Below are positions 38,009-43,903 of a stretch of DNA of 44,369 bases, one piece after another (position 1 is the stretch's first letter; each line of letters opens with the position of its first letter). The stretch is from a virus. Its lineage: Duplodnaviria > Heunggongvirae > Uroviricota > Caudoviricetes. The translations under genes were made by a program, and so were the position numbers. The stretch lies in IMG/VR virus record IMGVR_UViG_3300028563_000009. The stretch is one strand, 5' to 3'. The notes beneath the pieces were generated by a model. The model ran no database searches and was not told the DNA's origin. It saw only the letters and a list, made by a program, of their open reading frames with translations.

Positions 38009-38138
38009 TTTTCACCTTCTTAGGAAGTTTCTTTCCCTTAGACGCCGAGTTCCACTCATCAACATTAACGCCTTGCTTCTCTAGCTTGGCTTTGTTAGCG
38101 TTGAAATATCCTTCTTGCGCTTTACTTTTGTACGGCAT
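37989..38138 (-). CDS. Small basic conserved phage protein (49 aa, not in ORF track)
   Basis: MPYKSKAQEGYFNANKAKLEKQGVNVDEWNSASKGKKLPKKV matches the MP.KS..Q...F...VDEW...SKG.KLP pattern seen upstream of terminases. Confidence 0.7.
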   Translation of the reverse strand: MPYKSKAQEGYFNANKAKLEKQGVNVDEWNSASKGKKLPKKVKSGSKTK

Positions 38139-38443
38139 TACATTCCTTGTGGGGGTGCTGCTGGCCCTGCGGGACCCGCTCCTGCGCCTGCATCGGCTCC
38201 GGGTAGTTGCCCACCGAATTGCCCCTGCATGTGCTGTAGAAGGCCATCACTGTCGCCTACGCCGTGGATAGAATCGGGAGTGGGTGCATCGCCTTCTCCC
38301 CCGCCCTGATCGAACGAGTGACGGATTACGTGACTGCCATCATCCCCATGCTCGATATGGGTGTGACGAATCTTTTTCTTCGGAGACTTCTTCTTGCTGG
38401 AAGACTTTCTTCCTTTGCCGAGAGATTTTTCTGGGGATGCCAT
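38138..38443 (-). CDS. Hypothetical protein (basic N-terminus, His-rich)
   Basis: 101 aa, TAATG-coupled on both sides. Confidence 0.65.
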   Translation of the reverse strand: MASPEKSLGKGRKSSSKKKSPKKKIRHTHIEHGDDGSHVIRHSFDQGGGEGDAPTPDSIHGVGDSDGLLQHMQGQFGGQLPGADAGAGAGPAGPAAPPQGM

Positions 38444-38694
38444 TAGCTTAAAGTTCCTCCGGTAAATGTTATATTGGTTGAACCCGGCTGATCGTATGTC
38501 CCAGTGGTAATATACCCCGAGGTAGTGATGCTAGGATAAGGATAATACGTGTAAGTGATCCAAGGAGTGTAAGGAACGAACTGAGGATTGCTGCGGCCAC
38601 AATGCTTGCAATATCCGCAACAGGGGCAGACCCCCTCATCGTTGGGTATACCCTTGTTGTAGTTCTCTTCGGGGTTAGGTATGGTAGTAGTCAT
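38443..38694 (-). CDS. Hypothetical Cys-rich protein
   Basis: Probable start MTTTIPNP; CPCCGYCKHC motif. Confidence 0.55.
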   Translation of the reverse strand: MTTTIPNPEENYNKGIPNDEGVCPCCGYCKHCGRSNPQFVPYTPWITYTYYPYPSITTSGYITTGTYDQPGSTNITFTGGTLS

Positions 38695-39041
38695 TAACTT
38701 GCGTTCGCTCCGCTTCCGGAAGTCCAGAGATACAGCTTTGTTCCTGTCGCTGTCAGTCCTGTAACTGCGAAATCTTGCCAAGTAAGTACGGCTTGGCCCG
38801 TTGGATTGTCATTTATAATCAAAGAGTTAGCTGCTGCCGCGTTAGCAACTACAAGGGGTATGTAGAGAGGCTTGCTGTTCGCCGGGAGGGTAATCGTCAC
38901 CGTGCCAGCCGAAGCGGCAGAGCCACCAACCACCAAAGCTAATTTAAGAATTCTGACTCCGGAAGTAACGCTAGCCCCGGTACGATAGCTAGCAATATCT
39001 GTGTCTAGAATCATTGGTTGAGTTGAATAACTATTTGCCAT
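38694..39041 (-). CDS. Small beta-rich putative virion protein
   Basis: 115 aa, MANSYSTQP start, coupled to neighbours. Confidence 0.6.
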   Translation of the reverse strand: MANSYSTQPMILDTDIASYRTGASVTSGVRILKLALVVGGSAASAGTVTITLPANSKPLYIPLVVANAAAANSLIINDNPTGQAVLTWQDFAVTGLTATGTKLYLWTSGSGANAS

Positions 39042-39753
39042 TTATCGCCTTAAAAGCCTCGACGCCCCAATAGAAGGGTTCTGCCATCGGCCCAACGTCC
39101 TTGAGGACGGTATATGTTCTTTTTAACCAACAAACACGCCCTACGCAGGGGGCTGGAAAGAAAAACTCGTGGGATTTAATTCGAATATCACCGCTGATGC
39201 CGTCAATATTGCCTGTGATATTGTACAAATTCTTGGTCGTACCGACGAAATATTCGGAATTTAGGTAGGCGTTGAGGCTTAAAGTGGTCGTTTTAAGCAT
39301 CCCAAACTCGTCCACAGCACTCGATTCGACCGGTTTCAGGCCCCCCACAACATCATTTGTGGTGTCCAAAACGTCCGAAAAATGCTTCAGATCAGACGAA
39401 AAATCGGTCAAAACGGCGTCTGAGTGGACATATAGCGCCTGTTCTTGCCCGAAAAATACCGCTTGATTCCTGTTGAAGCTCTTAGTAGCTATCTCGATTT
39501 GCCCGAAAGTTCCTCTGACCGTTCCTAAGGTTTGGTTCACATCGGCTAGCGTCCCACAAGGTCTACCGGTATTACACTCGCGGTTGATATTATCTGACGT
39601 GGTGTTGATATCCGCGTGTGTATCTCGTAGAAACGACAATAATTCCGGCTCGATTCTCCGGAATTCCAATACTCCCAGCCATGAAATAACGATCCAAGAC
39701 CCTATCAAACTAGCTAAGAGAACTCCAATTGTAACTACCAACCACTTAGGCAT
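39031..39753 (-). CDS. Membrane-anchored coiled-coil protein (spanin-like)
   Basis: N-terminal TM helix, long heptad region, two Cys pairs; ends in TAG. Confidence 0.45.
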   Translation of the reverse strand: MPKWLVVTIGVLLASLIGSWIVISWLGVLEFRRIEPELLSFLRDTHADINTTSDNINRECNTGRPCGTLADVNQTLGTVRGTFGQIEIATKSFNRNQAVFFGQEQALYVHSDAVLTDFSSDLKHFSDVLDTTNDVVGGLKPVESSAVDEFGMLKTTTLSLNAYLNSEYFVGTTKNLYNITGNIDGISGDIRIKSHEFFFPAPCVGRVCWLKRTYTVLKDVGPMAEPFYWGVEAFKAINGK

Positions 39754-40102
39754 TCTTAATACCAACCAACGCAGCCGCTTGTTTCACCAACTGGGGGTTG
39801 TTTTTTAACGCTGCCTCTACCTCTTGAAGGAGAACCGGGTCAACGGGAACTAGACTTGCTGCGGCTGAGGCCCCGCCTGCTGCATTAACTATCGCGGCAA
39901 ACTCACCTAAGGCGGCAAACGCTAATCGTTCTATCGTCGCCGCCTCAGGCCCGTATATTGGCACGAGAGACGTGATGGACTCTATGGTGGAGGCTTCCGG
40001 CTGTACTTTCGCACTAAATAGAGCGACGGCTCTCGCCGCCACAACTAAGTCATGGAACCCAGAGGCAAATACATGCCCAACGGATTTCCACGTAATACCC
40101 AT
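39746..40102 (-). CDS. Hypothetical amphipathic Ala-rich protein
   Basis: 118-aa coupled ORF. Confidence 0.6.
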   Translation of the reverse strand: MGITWKSVGHVFASGFHDLVVAARAVALFSAKVQPEASTIESITSLVPIYGPEAATIERLAFAALGEFAAIVNAAGGASAAASLVPVDPVLLQEVEAALKNNPQLVKQAAALVGIKNA

Positions 40103-40494
40103 TACTTCACTACGCTTAAAACTGCTTCGAGTTCACCAGTCACTGCTTTAACCAGCGCCGTAATTTTCGTAACCGTCGCTTCGTCCTTGATGTGTCCGGC
40201 TTCTAGAAGACCAGCTAAGTTAGCATTCACTGAGGTCAAAACGTTGGTGATGGTTGTTTTAACATCGGTCCCGCCCTGAGCCTGCACAAGAAGCTGGGAG
40301 ACCACGCCGAGATCGGTTTGGACCTCGCTGACCACTTTCTGAATGCTAGCGGCATCCTCTGCGTTAGTAGCAGCAAGGACTAGCGCCTCAAGCGAAGGGG
40401 CAGTAAGAGCAATAGCTGCACTCGCGGTTTGGGTCCACGAAGTGTTAGCGAAATACTTTTTGAAGAACGATTCCACAGAAGTTAGGAAGGACAT
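40102..40494 (-). CDS. Hypothetical amphipathic Ala-rich protein
   Basis: 130-aa ORF with GAGG RBS. Confidence 0.6.
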   Translation of the reverse strand: MSFLTSVESFFKKYFANTSWTQTASAAIALTAPSLEALVLAATNAEDAASIQKVVSEVQTDLGVVSQLLVQAQGGTDVKTTITNVLTSVNANLAGLLEAGHIKDEATVTKITALVKAVTGELEAVLSVVK

Positions 40495-40496
40495 TT

Positions 40497-40712
40497 TTAC
40501 CTCAAGAGGGCCGTGCCCCCGATAATTTTTAGTTTTGCTTCTGGAAATTCAATCCAGCATTTAGGGTTTTCTTTGTTATCGGCAGATAGATCATAGTGAG
40601 TAAACCCAATGGCCTCGAATACTATCTGCTCAAATCTTTTTTGTTCTGTTCCGGGGCCTTCGTCTATCGCCCAAATCGGAGGATTGAAGTCCTCGATGTA
40701 TACTCGATACAT
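40497..40712 (-). CDS. Hypothetical protein
   Basis: Probable start MYRVYIEDF overlapping an upstream TGA; 71 aa. Confidence 0.55.
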   Translation of the reverse strand: MYRVYIEDFNPPIWAIDEGPGTEQKRFEQIVFEAIGFTHYDLSADNKENPKCWIEFPEAKLKIIGGTALLR

Positions 40713-40851
40713 CAGGGTACCTTCGTAATACCCGCATGAACTTCTGCGTGGCAATTGGCGCACAAGAGAACACATTTCTGTACTTCTTCTTTAATCTTGT
40801 TTTTTAGGTATTCTTTTCTATCGGAATATGCTCGTTTTTCTTTCAAAAATC
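40712..40851 (-). pseudogene. HNH endonuclease remnant
   Basis: C-terminal EEVQKCVLLCANCHAEVH motif only; the CxxC and FHH core is missing; abuts the tRNA-Asn CCA. Confidence 0.65.
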
Positions 40852-40927
40852 TGGCTCCCCCGGATAGATTCGAACTATCACCTTTCAAATTAACAGTTTG
40901 ACGCACTGCCAGTTATGCTACAGGGAA
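40852..40927 (-). tRNA. tRNA-Asn(GTT)
   Basis: TCAAA-CTGTTAA-TTTGA, G73, CCA. Confidence 0.9.
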
Positions 40928-40930
40928 GTG

Positions 40931-41004
40931 TGGCTCTGGCAGAGAGAATTGAACTCCCATTCGCTGCTTCAAAGGCAGTTGTCTTACCGTTAAACGATGC
41001 CAGA
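40931..41004 (-). tRNA. tRNA-Gln(TTG)
   Basis: CTGC-CTTTGAA-GCAG, U1-A72, G73, CCA. Confidence 0.9.
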
Positions 41005-41022
41005 AATATTATTCTGGCTTTG

Positions 41023-41051
41023 ATTATAGTCCGTCATTTTAAAGTCCGCAA
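41023..41051 (-). promoter_or_regulatory. Sigma70-type promoter for tRNA-Gln/Asn
   Basis: TTGCGG, 17-nt spacer, TATAAT; predicted +1 about 12 nt before tRNA-Gln. Confidence 0.7.
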
Positions 41052-41073
41052 GGAGGGGTTTCCCCCTCCCCGC
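41048..41073 (-). terminator. Strong GC hairpin after the decoration-protein gene (terminator or stability element)
   Basis: GCGGGGAGGGG-GAAA-CCCCTCCTTGC directly after tandem TAA TAA; no good U-tract. Confidence 0.45.
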
Positions 41074-41078
41074 CGTTA

Positions 41079-41681
41079 TTACACGTTTTCGAACAGGAAT
41101 TCCTTGACCGTCACAGTGTTCGCTGCGTTCGAAGTACCGAAGGTGAACGCGGGAATGAACTGTAGGTTGGTCACTGACAAGCTGGCAACCTTAGTAGTTG
41201 CTGCCGCACCAGTATAGGTGTTGTTAACATCTGAGAAGAACCAGCCGTTCAACTGGCTAGAAGTGCTATCCCAGAGGAAGTTCGCTTCGAGAACAAAGTT
41301 CACAGTAGACGCTGTGGTGATGGTGTACGAAGCAGAGATCGCCACAAGAGTGTCGCTAGTTGTGGTCGAGCTAGAACCATTGAACAGCGAGACTTGGAAG
41401 GTGGACGAAGCTGAAACAGTCGTAAAGCCAACCACGCGAACGCGGAACTGACGACCATCCACGCTGTCGTTCACATAAGTGGGCGAAGCCGCAGAGGGGT
41501 TTGAAGACTGGTAATTCTTCGCTGGGTCGATATAAAGACCGGCACCCGCAGCAAAGATGGGAGAAGGGAGTCCCTGATACAACGCGGTAGCTGCTGGAAC
41601 AGCAAGAGTAGTCGCCGCAGTGGTACCAATTACCTGCGCGGGAAGTGAAACATAACCATTGGAACTATTGACATTAGCCAT
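41079..41681 (-). CDS. Putative capsid decoration/minor structural protein (paralog of 27080-27754)
   Basis: 200 aa; GRQFRVRV, NFVLE...WDSTS; AAGGA RBS. Confidence 0.6.
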   Translation of the reverse strand: MANVNSSNGYVSLPAQVIGTTAATTLAVPAATALYQGLPSPIFAAGAGLYIDPAKNYQSSNPSAASPTYVNDSVDGRQFRVRVVGFTTVSASSTFQVSLFNGSSSTTTSDTLVAISASYTITTASTVNFVLEANFLWDSTSSQLNGWFFSDVNNTYTGAAATTKVASLSVTNLQFIPAFTFGTSNAANTVTVKEFLFENV

Positions 41682-41799
41682 TTTAAATCCTTTTTTTTTT
41701 TATTTTGGGGGCTTAATCAGGCCGGAAGGGGAGCAGAGGAACACAGTCCCCTGCCCAGTTATGTACATACCCGCTAGCGTTGCACTAGCATTACGAAGA

Positions 41800-41913
41800 T
41801 GAGCCTTGCGGCGGGACTCGACCCCACAACCTTCTCCACTAGGGTCTTCATTTGGGCCATGACTCCAAAGAGAGGACTTGCTGAAGCTGCTCTGCCAATT
41901 GAGCTAAGCAAGG
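41800..41913 (-). ncRNA. Aberrant tRNA-like element with expanded anticodon region
   Basis: Acceptor CCTTGC/GCAAGG, perfect D arm GCTC-AATTGGCA-GAGC, T arm GTGGG-GTCGAGT-CCCGC, about 38 extra nt centrally, 3' end CTCA rather than NCCA. Confidence 0.6.
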
Positions 41914-41923
41914 ATAAAATTTA

Positions 41924-42055
41924 CCCGATTTGTACTCCCTCGGAGCCGGGGCGGAAGGGTTAGAACCCCTCAAAGTATACCAGACAACATGCGACACAAT
42001 AGCTGCCTTTCGGCATTCTTTATGTAAGAGGAAATTGTATCTATCAGTACTGGTA
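41924..42055 (-). ncRNA. Candidate structured RNA in tRNA spacer
   Basis: TACCAG/CTGGTA, GATACAAT/ATTGTGTC, TGCC-GAAA-GGCA, a T-loop-like GGTTCTAACC hairpin and CCCG/CGGG. Confidence 0.4.
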
Positions 42056-42059
42056 ATCT

Positions 42060-42135
42060 TGGCAAACCGAGTAGGATTTGAACCCACACCGTAACGTTTT
42101 GGAGACGTACATCATAGCCATTAGACCATCGGAAT
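42060..42135 (-). tRNA. tRNA-Trp(CCA)
   Basis: ACGT-CTCCAAA-ACGT, G73, CCA; two U:U mismatches in the acceptor stem. Confidence 0.8.
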
Positions 42136-42138
42136 GTT

Positions 42139-42378
42139 AGTGGCTTCTGGTTACCCAGCCCGATTTTACGGAAGACCTTGTGATCTAGCTTTCGTCACCA
42201 CTTAAACTTACCCAGTTTCTCTCGCGGGACTGGGAACCCTAGTGAACGGCAGTAGCGACTGCGCGGAGCCTGACGAACTAAACTTAGTGGCCTATGAACG
42301 CTCTTTGCTTTAAGCTACACCCGTCCACTTAAGGGCGGGAGAAGAGGCGCAAATCTCTTTATCCTTCATGGAACCACT
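42139..42378. ncRNA. Candidate 240-nt multibranch ncRNA between tRNAs
   Basis: Closing stem AGTGG/CCACT plus at least six internal hairpins; fills the spacer exactly; no ORF. Confidence 0.55.
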
Positions 42379-42386
42379 TACAAACT

Positions 42387-42458
42387 TGGCTGGGGCGGCA
42401 GGAATTGAACCTACGCCTTAGGTCTTTAGGACCTACGAACTATTTATTCTACGCCCCA
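42387..42458 (-). tRNA. Atypical tRNA, Gln/Trp-type acceptor, loop CCTAAAG (TAA by position, CTA in a 5-nt loop)
   Basis: TGGGGCG/CGCCCCA-G-CCA, TAGGT/ACCTA stem, good T arm, shrunken D loop without GG. Confidence 0.6.
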
Positions 42459-42459
42459 A

Positions 42460-42534
42460 TGGAGCGCGGAGTGGGACTCGAACCCACGACAAGCCGGAGT
42501 AGAATCGGCTGCTCTACCACTGAGCTACCCGCGC
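42460..42534 (-). tRNA. Amber suppressor tRNA (anticodon CTA)
   Basis: GCGCGGG-TA-GCTC-AGTGGTA-GAGC-A-GCCGA-TTCTACT-CCGGC-TTGTC-GTGGG-TTCGAGT-CCCAC-TCCGCGC-T-CCA; U33 followed by CUA. Confidence 0.85.
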
Positions 42535-42538
42535 AAAC

Positions 42539-42871
42539 TTATTGCGAACTTTCTGGAGTCCTCCAGAGCGGGTAATGTCTTAACAACTCTCTTTGTTCTT
42601 CTCTAAGTGGAAGGGTAACAACCCCGCCAATCTTAAAGTCAAAGTCATTGTCTTCGAAAGCAACGTGTGGTATCTCGTTATCTTTCAGATACTTAATTAC
42701 ATCTTGGAGTCCCTGACTATCGGGTACTCCTATCAAGACTATATAAGGGGGTTCCCCCTCATGTGCATACTCAGCCGACATATCAAATGTCGCATGGTTA
42801 GTCTGGATGATCTGCTGGGCAAGACTTATATCTTGCCGTACGAAAATATAGAAATACTTAATCTACGTCAT
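42539..42871 (-). CDS. PTH2-like peptidyl-tRNA hydrolase, 110 aa with in-frame TAG at codon 3
   Basis: AAGGA RBS, then ATG ACG TAG ATT AAG in frame with YIFVRQD...QIIQTNHA (PTH2 VRxD...Q..HA motif) and YIVLIGVPD...AFEDND; the ORF track starts at an internal Met (42781). Confidence 0.75.
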
Positions 42872-42879
42872 TTTTCCTT

Positions 42880-42954
42880 TGGTGGATCGGGAGAGATTCG
42901 AACTCTCAACTTCCGGGTGCAAGCCGGGTGTTTTCCCATTAGAACTACCAACCC
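42880..42954 (-). tRNA. tRNA-Ala(TGC)
   Basis: CCGG-CTTGCAC-CCGG, G3:U70, A73, CCA. Confidence 0.92.
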
Positions 42955-42960
42955 TAAGTT

Positions 42961-43036
42961 TGGTCGGGGCGGTAGGACTTGAACCTACATGATGACTCGA
43001 CTCCAGATCGAGAGGCTTACTTTAGCCCACACCCCG
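42961..43036 (-). tRNA. tRNA-Pro(TGG)
   Basis: CTCGA-TCTGGAG-TCGAG, C1-G72, A73, CCA; unusual C33. Confidence 0.8.
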
Positions 43037-43112
43037 TTGGGGCACAGGCCCCCGTCTACGCTTTCGGCGCGGCGGGTGCTGGACGGTCGATGTTTTTGTA
43101 AGTCATAATACC

Positions 43113-43121
43113 ATTATACCA
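43113..43121 (-). promoter_or_regulatory. Extended -10 promoter of the tRNA operon
   Basis: TG-G-TATAAT with no evident -35; predicted +1 at about 43106. Confidence 0.65.
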
Positions 43122-43125
43122 CACT

Positions 43126-43329
43126 TTACGGGCGGCGGGGGTTTTCAGGCCAAACTATTTTAATTTGGGTCTTAGTAGCCACTTCCTCTATCCGAAGTGA
43201 TAGCTTGTCTTGGTTCAGGTCGTACATTGCGAGGGCTTCGTCAAAAAAATCAAAGTACCTCTCCTGTAACGGAACTTGGCATCCCGCCCAGCATACAATG
43301 TATTTTACTTTGATAAACGTTTCTCTCAC
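43126..43329 (-). CDS. Hypothetical protein
   Basis: 67 aa, GTG start overlapping the upstream TGA. Confidence 0.5.
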   Translation of the reverse strand: MRETFIKVKYIVCWAGCQVPLQERYFDFFDEALAMYDLNQDKLSLRIEEVATKTQIKIVWPENPRRP

Positions 43330-43502
43330 TTGTTGGTCTGTTTTTGTTTCTTAAAAGAAGGCCACGGTTTGTGGCTAATGGCTCCCGATTGGTCTTCGCC
43401 AGAGGAGGCGGGGCCGTCAGTGGTGTCTTTGTAGGCTTCCCCAAAGATATCTCGGAGTAGTTTCTCGTCGGCAGTTATCTCTTCTTCTTTGTCATAGCTC
43501 AT
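43326..43502 (-). CDS. Hypothetical acidic/basic protein (58 aa, not in ORF track)
   Basis: MSYDKEEEITADEKLLRDIFGEAY...; ATGA overlap with the upstream stop and GTGA overlap downstream. Confidence 0.55.
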   Translation of the reverse strand: MSYDKEEEITADEKLLRDIFGEAYKDTTDGPASSGEDQSGAISHKPWPSFKKQKQTNK

Positions 43503-43903
43503 ATCAGTAAATCCAATGCTCCCATCGCCGCTACCCTACGAATCTGCTTCTTGAACTTAGCTCCGTGTCCGGGGTAAGGGCTGATGTAAATGTGTATTGC
43601 CTCGTGGATGATGGTCTGTTTGGTCAGAATAGAATGGAACACAGCGGTTCCTCGGTCAAGAATGATACTCTGTACCCCGTTCTCATCTATACCTACTATA
43701 CCATATTCCCCGGCATCCAGCCAGTTCTCGTCCTCTTCTGCTGCGCCCTGAGATAACGAGGTGATCTTCAGAAGGGGGGCGGTGAGTACCCGCGTCGGCG
43801 CTAACTCTCCGTAGAAATAAAGCTTGTTAACCCTGTCAAAATACCTTTGGTATCTTAGGTTTGGACGGCATCCCTTAATCGTTCTGTTCTGAATCTTTAC
43901 CAT
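43499..43903 (-). CDS. SprT-like zinc metalloprotease
   Basis: YFDRVNKLYF.GEL N-terminal motif; TIIHEAIH...GHGAKFK (HExxH plus third His). Confidence 0.8.
   Translation of the reverse strand: MVKIQNRTIKGCRPNLRYQRYFDRVNKLYFYGELAPTRVLTAPLLKITSLSQGAAEEDENWLDAGEYGIVGIDENGVQSIILDRGTAVFHSILTKQTIIHEAIHIYISPYPGHGAKFKKQIRRVAAMGALDLLI

Noticed and set aside
37907-38443. Small terminase assignment for the small basic ORFs upstream of terL
   Set aside because: No HTH or oligomerisation pattern recognisable; too short to assign from sequence alone
42270-42300. Hammerhead ribozyme core (CTGACGA followed by a small stem, plus strand)
   Set aside because: The required GAAA after stem II is absent (GGCC instead)
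41924-42378. tmRNA, RNase P or SRP RNA
   Set aside because: No G3:U70 tRNA-like ends or tag frame, no GAGGAAAGUCC core and no complete SRP helix-8 motif
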